Assembly (NCBI RefSeq): GCF_001194135.2
Contig: NC_068986.1
Coordinates: 55,848,319 to 55,909,483, forward strand
DNA from: Octopus bimaculoides
Taxonomy: Eukaryota
DNA: 61,165 bases
Direction of reading: 5' to 3'
The notes beneath the pieces were generated by a model. It had not been told where the DNA came from. It did not search any database and was given only the letters and a program-made list of their open reading frames with translations. The translations under genes and the position numbers were made by a program. Below are positions 1 through 12,000 of this stretch, in pieces. How positions within the stretch are numbered: position 1 is the stretch's first letter; every line of letters begins with the position of its first letter.

Positions 1-430
1 ATGTACATATATGTATCTAAGACGTATCAATTCACCGTTAGACGATGGTGAGAGGGGAAAACGCACACACACACATATGTGTGTGTGTGTTTACATATGT
101 GTATATGCATATGTATGTATATGCGTATATACAACCTTCAACAAAGTAACTGTCATGTATACAACTTGAACTGATGCACATATCAGTACATAAACATACA
201 TTCACATGTACATACATATGCACACACACACAAACACGTCTACACACTTACCCTATTACTCACGTACATCCATAAGTACATACGTGCATACTCACATACA
301 TACATACATACATGTGTATAGGCATGCACACATGCATACGCATGTACACAGATGCATACGTGCACACATGTACATGTACATACATACATACATACAAACA
401 TACATACATACACATGTACATATATATCAT
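1..430. repeat. Compound (CATA)/(CA)/(TA) microsatellite
   Basis: Continuous degenerate tacatacaca/catatg repeats. Confidence 0.85.
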
Positions 431-764
431 GAACTAACTATTACTTTCTCAGATGCAGCACAGAATTTTGTCAGTGAACAGGTCGCGGTCTCAAAGCGAC
501 GAAAATATTTTGACAAATTAAATTTAAATGTTGAAGTGAATCTAACGGATTTTGTGTGTTATTTTAAATGGCTTATAAACACCTTCCACGCTGCAATTGT
601 TTTCGTTCCAGCACACGATCTCAGCTCAGGTCACTTGCTATGCAAGTACATCTCCGTAATATATATATATATCTCCAACAAAAGCAATATTAAATTAAAA
701 GAGCCATTTATATATCATAGTTGATATAAATATATTGCAATAGGCAAATTTATGCAATATTTAT

Positions 765-1260
765 TTGGAGATAATATCTCTTATGAATGAGCTGTGTTTA
801 AAAAACACAGTTTACTATATTGGAGGGAGACAATAGTGGCAAGTGAGAATGTTAGATGCATTCCTACCTCACTGAGTGTTTTCAATAGCATGTACTCACA
901 GCCAGCCGCAGGCTTAGATGAAATTAGTTACCACTGATATTATATAGGAATACAGTGAATGAACAATCACTGGTGTTGCAAATAGTGACCGGACAAAATG
1001 AAAATCTGTTACATGCAACAGAAGCGGTATTAGATTAAAATAACCATTTATGCATTATATTTAATGCAAATACATTGTGATAAGGTAAATTTAATGTAGT
1101 ATTTTACCAGAGATAATATCTCTTATAAATGTGGTGTGTCAGAGGGAGACAAAAATCACCTCAATAGTGGCAAGTGAGAAAGCTAGATGCATTTCTGCCT
1201 CATTAAGCATATTCAATAGCATGTACTCCAAGCCAACAGGCTTAGATGAAATTTACATAT
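765..1260. repeat. Diverged direct duplication (about 170-nt cores near 765-935 and 1107-1260)
   Basis: Shared blocks gagataatatctcttat, caatagtggcaagtgagaa, ttcaatagcatgtactc and caggcttagatgaaatt in the same order about 340 nt apart. Confidence 0.8.
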
Positions 1261-1519
1261 CAAAAGCTGTGTAGTAAAAAAAAAAAAAAAAAAAAAAAAT
1301 TGAAGGGTTGCGTGTAAGACCATATATGAAATTTAGAATATGGTGCTCTAGAAAATACCTATACAGCACAACACACTACAAAATATAAATAAAAAGAACA
1401 TAAAATAAAATTAAATTAAAAAATAAAAGAATTAAAACAAAAAGGCTTATAAATACTTAGAGTTACAGAAAGACTCTGGTAGAGTAAATTGTGTGTATTC
1501 TCAAAAAATAATAATAATG

Positions 1520-3785
1520 GCCCTGCAGTCTGAAGCAACCAGCTTCTTATCCCCTGCAAGAAGTTACCCTCTTTACCAAGGATGGCATTAGAAATATGAG
1601 CAAAAAGATGAGCAATTGGAAAGCAGCAGGATGTGGTGGTGTACAGGGATTTTGGATAAAAGAAATTTTAGTTGACGCCATAAACTGATTGTGGAGCACT
1701 TTAATGCATTGATTGATGGAGTTCCAGGATGGTTGACCAAATATGAACAGTGTTGTGCTGGAAGGATGTATTGAAAGGTAATGCTGCCAACAATTTCAGG
1801 CCAATTTCTTGCCTTCCATTAATGTGGAAGTTACTGACAGGAGGGATCGCAGAAGAAATGTACAAATTTCTAGATGAAAGTGACATTTTACCAATGGAAC
1901 AAAAGAGCTGTAGGAAGAAATGCAGGGGTACCAAAGACCAATTATTGATAGACAAAATAGTAATGGAAAATTGTAAGTGAAGAAAAATATTTGGAATGGC
2001 CAGGATTGATTACTGCAAAGCTTACAATATGATTCTATATTTGCGGGTCATTGAGTACTTAGACATGTTTGGAATTGCAAGGATTGTAACATGTTTTCTG
2101 AAGAGAAGTATGGTGGGTTGGAAAACTGAATTGACATCATACAGACAGAACTTGGGCACCCTAAGTCTCAAGAGAGGGATTTTCGAAGGAGATAGTTTAT
2201 TTCTGTTGCTTCTTGTACTTTGCATGATCCTTTTGACCTTGGTGCTGAGGAAAGTGAACCTGAGATATCAGTTCAAGGGAAAAACACAAAGAATCAACTA
2301 TCTTTTCTTCATGGATGACTTGAAGCTGCATGGCAAGGATGAGATACAAGTGCCTTCCTTGGTGAACATGGTTCCATTTTAGTGCTGATGTTAAGATGGA
2401 ATTTGGACTGAAGAAGTGTGGTGTAATGAGTCTGAAAAGAGGCAAGATACAGTCCCTGGCAGGGATAGAATTATCAAATAGGGAAGTAATGAAACAAATT
2501 GGAAAGGGAAGCTATAAGTACCTTGGCAATGAAATCAGGTGGAAGGAAATGAAAGAAAAGCTGGAGAAATTATTTCCAAAGCCTACAATTGGTGTTTCAC
2601 TCAAAACCCAAGCAATTTATACATGGGCAATAGCATCACTTAGGCATGGAGATGAAATCATAAAGTGGCCAAAGAATGAACTGATGAGTATGGATACAAA
2701 GTCACAGAAACTATGCCATCCAATGAGTGACATTGATTGATTGTACTTGTCCAGAAGAAAGGGGGTGGAGAGTTTACTAGCTATCAAGATTGTGTTGATT
2801 CTGAGAAAAACAGTTTAGGATGGTATTTAATAAATACTGTAGAACCATTAGAGGTGCATGCAAAGAAATCTGATATCATCAAAACTGATAATTGTGTTAA
2901 AAAAGAGAAATTTAAAAAGGAAAAAGGCCCAAGAAAAAAAATGGTTGGAATTGAAAGAAAATGTACAGTCAGTATGCAGGAGATACGGGTGCAAAGACTG
3001 ATACAGAAGGCCATTGGTTATGGATGAGGAGGAATAACTTGAAGGTAGAAACAGAAGCACTTATATGCATGACACAGAACAAGCATTGAGGACAAACTGT
3101 GTGAAGTGTAGAATTGATAAAACAACTGAGAATAACAAATGCAGAATGTGTGAGGAGATGAGCAGAACAGTATGGCACGCTGTGAGTGAATGCCTGAAAT
3201 TGGCACAATGGGAATACAAAAAGCAACACGACAATGTGGCAAGAATGATCCATTGGGAGTTCTCTGGAAATTATAGCCTAGAAAGTTTAAAGACATGGTA
3301 TGATCAATTCCCAGAAGAATGAGGACTGAAAAATGTTATGGGATGCAATAATTCAATGTGACCATCAGATTAAAGATTGTAACCCTGATGTTGTGGTGAA
3401 CAGAAAAGAAAAACATGTCTGATAATTGACACAGCCTGTCCCAATAAAAACAGGATTGAAGAGAAAGAAGAAAAAGTGAACAACTATGATGAATTGAAGT
3501 AGGAAGAATGCAGGTTGTGGGTAATGAAGAAAGGAGACATAGTACCAATAGTGACTAGTGTGCTTGGAAATATCAATACCCATCTACCAATGTGGCTCAA
3601 AAAGATTAGAGTGAATACAAAGTTAGAACACATACAAAAATCATCATTGCTTGGAACTGCAAAAGTTCTCTGCAGGGTTCTTTAAGAATGATCAGTAAAC
3701 AAGTGTCATTTTAGTCTACTGGCTGTGGACAGCTAACACTTTCCATCATACTCAGCAAAATAAAGCTGAGAGTTTTCATTATACA
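1520..3785 (+). mobile_element. Decayed R4/Dong-type non-LTR retrotransposon (RT, CCHC knuckle, restriction-like endonuclease), 5'-truncated
   Basis: Frameshifted pieces: [64 protein letters not shown]...H...C, PDVVV, ending LGTAKVL. Confidence 0.9.
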
Positions 3786-4810
3786 GTGATAATAACTGAT
3801 GTTAACAAAGTCCTTACCAATCAATGGTTAGTGTCTTCTGGCTTAGAATCAGAGACAGAAGGGTTTATCATAGCAGCTAAGGATCAATGGCTACCTATAC
3901 GAAGCTACCAGGCCAACATCTTAAAGAACGGCAGTAGCCCAACATGTTGTGTATGTAAACAACAAAATGAAGCCATCAATCATGCCTCCATGTGCAGCCT
4001 TCTTACACCTACAGAGTATTTCAACAGGCAGGATAGAGTGGCACAATGTATTCACTGGTAATTTGCAAAGACCTGGACCAACCCCATGATAAAAACTGGT
4101 GGGATCACAAACCACCCCCAGTACTTGAAAATGATCACATCTCACTCCTTTGGAACTTTACTGTTCACACTGACAGAAAGCTAGATGCAAATAGTCCAGA
4201 TATTATATTGAAGGATTTCAGACAAAAGTCATGTCTCCTCATCAATATGACTGTCCCAATCGACATAAATCTATCTGTCAAGACCTACCAAAACTGAGCA
4301 AGTATAAAGACCTTGAAATAGAAATTGGCAAAATGTGGAACCTTAAAACTAAAAGAATACCTGTTGTCATAGGTATCTTAGGAATGATAGCAAAAGGGGC
4401 TGATTGCTACTTTTCCCAGATACTAAGAAATCCAGAATTGGAAGAAATTCAAAAAATAGTGTTTATTGGAACTGCTCATATCTTACAAAAAACATTTTCT
4501 GTGTAATCCCCAAAACATTTTAATCTGTAAACATTGTCAAAAGTACTCTTAAACGTACATAACAGTGAACACTTTTTACTGTCATCTTAAGATCGCACCA
4601 TCATCTTATAATCAAATTACTTTTAAAACAAACTTATAATTTTCTTATATTTTGACAGACATTATTTTCTAGAACAATACTTTGTGCAAAACCAAAAATG
4701 TGGCACCCTAGTCATAGTTTCAACATGAACTTCTAACTTGTTTCTTGAGGTCTCTGGGTGAGACTTGGAGTCAATTTGTACAAATACAAGGCAAAAGCCA
4801 AATATATTAG
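3786..4810 (+). mobile_element. Second R4/Dong-type element, 3' portion (CCHC and RLE) plus 3' UTR, abutting a (TAA)n array
   Basis: GLESETEGFIIAAKDQ, CCVC...H...C, PDIILKD, KYKDL, PVVIGILG, GTAHIL; (TAA)n at 4811-4888. Confidence 0.88.
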
Positions 4811-4825
4811 AATAATAATAATGAC

Positions 4826-4870
<45 letters not shown>

Positions 4871-4888
4871 GTTGATAATAATAATAAT

Positions 4889-5075
4889 CCCGTCTGCTTT
4901 AGGTACAAGGCCTGAAATTTAATGGGGGAAAGGATAAATTGATATCATCAACCTCAGTATTCAAGTGGTACTTGTTTTATTGACTCTCAAAGAATGAAAG
5001 ACAAATTTAACCTCAGCAGCATTTGAACTCAGAACATAAAGTCAAAAGAAATGCTGATGAGCATTTCATGATGAT
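4889..5075 (+). mobile_element. SINE-like interspersed repeat, family C (aggcacaaggcc...tttgaactcagaac)
   Basis: Similar to copies near 24275, 47370, 54845 (minus) and 59890 (minus) in this window. Confidence 0.65.
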
Positions 5076-5126
5076 GATGATGACATCAAAAATGATGACA
5101 AGATATGGTTGTTTTTAAATGTTTAC

Positions 5127-5255
5127 CTTGCTCGAATTTTGTCTGTATACTTGCAAGCCCATATAGTTTACCATAACTGCGACATTTTTCTTGTGCTGCT
5201 CGCCAACTAAGTTGTTCACGATAGCCTGTACCTTCAATCTTGAAACATTTGTTAC
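5127..5255 (-). CDS. CTLD gene exon 13 ([42 protein letters not shown])
   Basis: Acceptor atttattcacag|GT, donor AAG|gtaaac; 129 nt, phase 1-1; completes C-x10-C with exon 12; SW-x-x-A-x-x-x-C and LASI motifs. Confidence 0.92.
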
Positions 5256-6003
5256 CTGTGAATAAATAACAAGAACAAATAAAACAAAATGACAAACAAA
5301 CTAATATTTTTGTGTAAATGACTGGGGAAAATTATTCTCAGAATTTCACATACAAGCTTATTTGTGTTATTTGTTTAATGTCTGTTTTTGCATACTGGCA
5401 TGGGAGGCGCAATGGCCCAGTGGCTAGGGCAGCGGACTCGCGGTCAAAGGATCACGGTTTCGATTCCCAGACTGGGCGTTGTGAGTGTTTATTGAGCAAA
5501 AACAGCTAAAGCTCCACGAGGCTCCTGCAGGGTATGGTGGCGAACCCTGCTGTACTCTTTCACCACAACTTTCTCTCACTCTTACTTCCTGTTTCTGTTG
5601 TACCTGTAATTCAAAGGGCCAACCTTGTCACACTCTGTGTCATGCTGAATATCCCCGAGAACTACGTTAAGGGCACACGTGTCTGTGGAGTGCTCAGCCA
5701 CTTGCACCTTAATTTCACGAGCAGGCTGTTCCGTAGATCGGATCAACTGGAACCCTCGACGTTGTAAGCGACAGAATGCCAACAACATACTGGCTTGGCT
5801 TAAATGGGAATTGATTTTAGGGTAGGATTTTATAGCCAGCTACTCTTCCTTTTGCTAACCCTTGTTTTTCACATCAGGGATTTTAAGTTCCATACTAGTC
5901 ATTGAAAGCACAGAGCAACTGATTGTATTGTCAGCATGGAATATCAACATCAACAACATTTCACTCAAATATTATGGCAAGCAAAATCCCAAAATACACA
6001 CAC

Positions 6004-6045
<42 letters not shown>

Positions 6046-9000
6046 GATCACTATAGTTTCCATTTATCAAATCCATCTGTAATGCATTAGCTGGTTTTGG
6101 TGAGAGACACTTTCCTAAGGTTTAGTGGGACTGAACCCAAAACCATGTGATTGCAAAGCAAACATGTTAACCACACAACTATGCCTGCTCCTATATACTT
6201 TAAAGACTAAATATCAATAGAACTATGAGGTCTCATATTTTAAATTTGTGATGACAGAGATAGAATATCGTTAATAAATTAGGATATAATCCTAATGTCA
6301 GGACATAATGTCTTTTAGGCACAATTAGTAGAGCTTCACATAGAATACGTTGTGGTATTTGTTCTGGCTCTCAGTTCAAACTCTGCTAAAGTCAACTTTC
6401 TTTCATCCTTCCAAGGTTGATAAATAAAGTAATCAATACTGGGGTCAATTCTTCTGTTTCTCTTTTGCCCTCAGCATCAGCTACATCAAAATGTATGAAG
6501 GGTTGAGTACTCAGTGCCCCATTCTTGCACAGTTGTGTGAGGATATGTGGTTGGAACTGCCCGAGAACAAGTTGATGTGCAGTACAGCTTGGAATGAAAA
6601 TAAGAAAGAAAAATATTTTTTTACAGCTGGCTACATTTTATACATGTCCTCTTTATCCAACAAGTCTGGATTTCTTGGATACACCTATACTTTCACCTGT
6701 TGTCCTTACTGTATCTCAATTCCTACAGCCTGCATTAAAACCTTTTTTCACTTTGCAGCTATGTGGCTTCAATTTCAGTTCCACTAAACGACATGTTGGG
6801 CAAGTGCCTTCTGCTATAATCTTCTGGTGCCTGCAATGCAAATGACTCTGGACCATCATATATACATGCATATATAGAAACATATATACATACATGTGTA
6901 TGCATGTGTGTTTGTACGTATACATGTATTGAGATGGTTAAAGTACAAGCCATCTCTTAAGTGAACGCAGTAGGCCAGCACAAAAAGGGTATAAGTACAG
7001 GCATGACTGTGTCAGTAAAAGAGTGCATTGTGCTATGAACATGAAAAAAAGTGGTATGAACATGAGTGAGAAGCTGTGATCCTCAATGATAACAGATTTT
7101 AAGGGATTTCTTCATGAAGGCTGACCATAGTACTGAAGTGAGAAAACCTGCTATAATTGTAGAGGATGAATAAAATAAATAGTGTAAGATTATAAACTTA
7201 ACAATTCCATGTGATGTGTATACATACGCATTTCTCCATGTTTATATTCACATTGACACAACTTGGAAAATAGTGTTCTGTATTTAAGTCTTATAACTTA
7301 ATAGTTTGATAAATAGAGAATAAGACAAAGACAACACTTAAAAAATAAATTTGATTGATGTGAACAACTAAAACCTTTTTAGATGGTGACTGGAACAAAT
7401 AAAAGGGTGCATCAAAACCAGGTTGTTGTCTGAACTTGCTAAAAATTTAACTGTCAAAACATTAATGTTATATCATTAATATTATATCTATCCTGATTTC
7501 TTGTTATGCTGTTTGTTACTGGCAATGATAGGAATACAACCAAACTTTAACCAAACTTTTAAATGCATTCCATCAGAGTAAGCAAATAAAATAAGACAGT
7601 ACAGTTCCCTGTTACAAGCACTGGCAACACTCACTGATTTCCAGTGCGTTGTTCCAATGTTCTGACGAGATAAACTTGTAGGAACAAAGCAAAGTATTGA
7701 TCCTTTTCAGATTTGAACTGTAGAGGTTTCTTCATCAGCTCAAGAAGCCACTAAAAGAGTTATGGCACATTGTTAGATTTTTAAAAATGTTGTGTAGCTG
7801 CTAGAATAAGAATAGCCTGGGCAAAGTTTAGAGGGCTCTTACCCCTGCTGGCGACAAAGGGACTCTCACTCAGAGTAAAAGGCAGACTGTATGACGCATG
7901 TGTACGAACAGCCATGCTACATGGCAGTGAAACATGGGCTGTAACTGCTGAGGACATACGTAAGCTCACAAGGAATGAAGCCAGTATGCTCCGTTGGATG
8001 TGTAATGTCAATGTGAATACCCGTCAGAGTGTAAGTATCTTGAGAGAAAAGCTGAACATTAGAAGCATCAGTTGTGGTGTGCAAGAGAGACGATTGCGCT
8101 GGTATGGACATGTGGTGAGAATGAATGAGGATAGTTGCGTNNNNNNNNNNNNNNNNNNNNNNNNNNNNNNNNNNNNNNNNNNNNNNNNNNNNNNNNNNNN
8201 NNNNNNNNNNNNNNNNNNNNNNNNNNNNNNNNNNNNNNNNNNNNNNNNNNNNNNNNNNNNNNNNNNNNNNNNNNNNNNNNNNNNNNNNNNNNNNNNNNNN
8301 NNNNNNNNNNNNNNNNNNNNNNNNNNNNNNNNNNNNNNNNNNNNNCGGGTGGCACATAAAAGACACCATTTCGAGCGTGGCCGTTGCCAGTATCGCCTGA
8401 CTGGCCTTCGTGCAGGTGACACGTAAAAGCACCCACTACACTCTCTGAGTGGTTGGCGTTAGGAAAGGCATCCAGCTGTAGAAACTCTGCCAAATCAGAC
8501 TGGAGCCTGGTGTTGCCATCCGGTTTCACCAGTCCTCAGTCAAGTCGTCCAACCCATGCTAGCATGGAAAGCGGACGTTAAACGATGATGATGATGATGA
8601 TGATGACTATTATTATTGTTTTAAAACAGATAACTAGGTGAGGACATGGGTGAGTGATTAAGAACTTTGCTTTACAACCATGTCATCTCAGGCTCAGTTC
8701 CACTATGGGTAAGTCTTTTATGAGTGAATCTGGTAATCGTTATCATCATCATTTAACATCTGTTTTCCCATGCTGGCATGGATTGGATTTTGGTAACAAG
8801 GATTGGTAAGTGGAAACTAACAAAGCCTATTATATGTGTGTGTGTGTGTGTGTGTATGTATGTTTATGTGAATATTTACATTCTATGCTCACATGAAAGA
8901 TCACTGAGCTACAGAAGGTGTTCTGTCTTATTATCAACAAACTGCTTGGTAGTTCTGCACTTTCAAAGACAAATGGAATGAAAACTCACTTCAAAACACA

Positions 9001-12000
9001 GGTGAATGCTAGTGACAGAAAAGTCATCTGACTATTAAAACAAATCAATAATATGTATTCATCGAACCCATGCTAGCAAGGAAAAATGGGCATAAAACTA
9101 AACATAGACTATTGCATGCTTTGTACCTTTACTACCAAGGAATTCGCATGCTCCAATGCATCAAGACATGTGCATTAAAAACACTCAGTTTCTAAAAATC
9201 CAGACATTTTGGGATTTAGTTTAGTAACACAGGGCACGTCTATGGATCACAGGTAAAAATGAGTCATGGGATTGTGGTTGAAAATGCTTGTGGCCAAAGA
9301 AATAAACATAAGTCATTACTTACCGAATAATGAGAATCCTGGTAAACAACCTCCAGTTAGAACGGTTTCATGATGTTTATCTGAAATTTCATAGCTGTCT
9401 TGTCCTTTGCAAAGAACAGGAAATAAAGCGTAACAGTTGAGAGTGCGCCATTTTCCTGCAGAGAAAGATTAGAGAGTAAAAGAGAAAGATAGAAAGTGTG
9501 TGGAATTCATACTGACTTCTTATAGAGACACAAAACAACAAATTTATAATTGTTATTGTTGTTGCTTAACCCCCGGTCATTTCCGATCAAACAGACCTAT
9601 GGTGAGGTGTTCTAGTTATAAATATCTCATCTTATTTTCAGACATTGTATTCCTAAGAATATCAGCAATGTCAGTTATTTACACTGTGTTCCATATAAAT
9701 GTACACTATTTAATTAACTACATAGATGAATAGAGTATTATATGCAAACCAGGAGAGACTATTTGTGTTGTTTTCTGTCAAACTAATGTTACATTTATCA
9801 ATTTAAATTACTAGTTCTCTTGGTTGCTGATGAATAAATGGAGCATCTTTTCTGATAAGATTATCTTCTTTGAAACAGGTCTTGTTGGAATTTTAGTTAT
9901 TCTATGCCACTTTTACGCATTTAAATGCATATTAAAATGTACGTTAAACACCTTCCCCCCCCCCCCACAAAAAAAAACATTCCAAGTAGATTAAAATGTT
10001 TGAAACACTTGTCCATTATACAGGGTGTCCACAAAGTCTGGGTACATGGGGATTAATACATACTTTAAGAAATTATTATTTCTTATATTTCATTGTTTAA
10101 GTTATGATTTTAGTTACTCCATGTACCCAGACTTTGTGGACACCCTGTATAACAAGTACTAATGTAATGATGTCAGAAGTACTAAAGAGATATTGAATAT
10201 ATAATTGATAATCTTTCTGTCACTGAATCAATCTTTTGAACTTTTCAAGAGTTTGGTTGTTATATTAATTATTGTTGTTGACATTCAGGTCAGCCCTGGC
10301 TAAGAAGACATGACTTGAATGATCAAAGGCATTCATGCAAGGATCATTCTGTTGTTTTGTGAGGAGTATCCCAGATTTTTATTTTCAAAATAAATACATA
10401 GTTGTCCAGGTCATTTTAGTTTTTTTTTTCATGTGCTTAAAACATGAGTCAAGTACATGCAGTGAAGTACCTACAAAGAAATTTCAATACCACTATCTTA
10501 TTTTTTAAAGAAAATATTTTTTAAAAATCATATGATTTTAGAAAATTTGAGAGAATGTGAAATAATTTGATTTTTACCAGTGCAGCTCCAAGTAGATAAA
10601 GCTATAAATAATAGTATGTAAATATTTGGTTAAAAAAACCTTTGCATAGAATAAGTCTAAGCCCACCTGCAAACTGTTTTTATCCAAAGTATCTTTTAAT
10701 CCAGTATTTACAAGCTATTATTTATAGCTCTATCTGCTTTGAGTTCCACTAATAAAAACAAATTATTATTTTTTTTATATTTCTATCAATAAAAGCATTT
10801 CAACTGCAACCAACCCTCACCTTAAACTTTAACCATAAATCTTAAAATCCAAACCAAGACTATTTTCATAAATTGTATTAGATTTTATTTAGTATTACTG
10901 CATGAACTATCAGTTGCTTTTTTTTTTAAATTTTCTGTTTTGGACAGAAAAGTCCAAGATATCCCCACCACTTTTCTTTTTTTAATGGACATAGATAGGT
11001 ACAGGCATGGCTGTGTGGTTAAGAAGTTCGCTTCCCAACTACATGGTTTTCAGTTCAGTCCCACTGTATGGCTCCTTGGACAAGTGTCTTTAATTGTAGC
11101 CCCAGGCTAGTAAAAGCTTTGTGAGTATATTTGGTAGGTGGAAACTGAAAGGAGATTGTTGTACACACACACACACACACACACACGTGCGTGTACAACA
11201 GTCTCTTTCAGTGTACACACACGTGTCTGTGTGTGTGTGTGTGTGTGAATGTATGCATGCATGTGTGAGTGTGTGTGTTTGTTTACATTTCATTCACTTA
11301 TCTTGAAATCAGGAAAAGCAAGGGTTAGTGACGGGAAGGCGATCCATAATTAAAATAATGTCTCAAACATATTAGTTTAACCCATTCAACAAGGACAGCA
11401 TTACCATCCTTTTAATACAATATGCTCTCTGCAGATTTACGCTCAATGGTACTTTAGCCATAACCTTCCTATTTTTTTGTATATAAGGGGAAAATTGTCT
11501 AGTGTAAGTTTTTTCTTTGTTTTTATCCTACATATTAAAGAGATTTAATTACTATTTTCCCTAACATTTGAATAAGCCAACCCACAACTGAATAAATGCC
11601 TTAGCATAACCTTACTTGCTTGTCTATGCTGTTTGTTGGCTTACCTCTACACACAGGTCAATTGCAATACAACTATGTTCACTCACTGTCACTTCTACCA
11701 CTGCTATAATAGTCTCTTCTCTGAACCAACAAGCTGTGTACTATCCCAGCATAAACTAATTTGATTAGCTTAACTATCATACTCTCTTTATTGCAGCTGT
11801 CTCAGAACATTGACTCAATTCAGAGTGTCACAGGCAAAGTTTAATGATTAAAAAATTCAGTTTGTAACCACATAGTCCCAGGTTCAATTCCTCAGATATT
11901 ACATATGAGGGGAATTTGGGAGATAATAACTGTGCAGAATGTTATATTGACTGGAAATAGGAAGGGCATCTGGCTATAGAAAATCTGCCTTAACAAATTT

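Noticed and set aside
430-660. CpG-retaining segment between microsatellites, within ORF 206-724
   Set aside because: Probably a young interspersed repeat, but it has no second copy or diagnostic motif in this window; the ORF is mostly microsatellite.
5403-5480. tRNA-like sequences at SINE heads (also 22012, 28800, 37336, 44890)
   Set aside because: No closed acceptor stem and each continues into a shared SINE body; not called as tRNA genes.
11654-11731. Segment with plausible AG/GT flanks ([25 protein letters not shown])
   Set aside because: Open only in a phase incompatible with exons 11 and 12, and no CTLD similarity.
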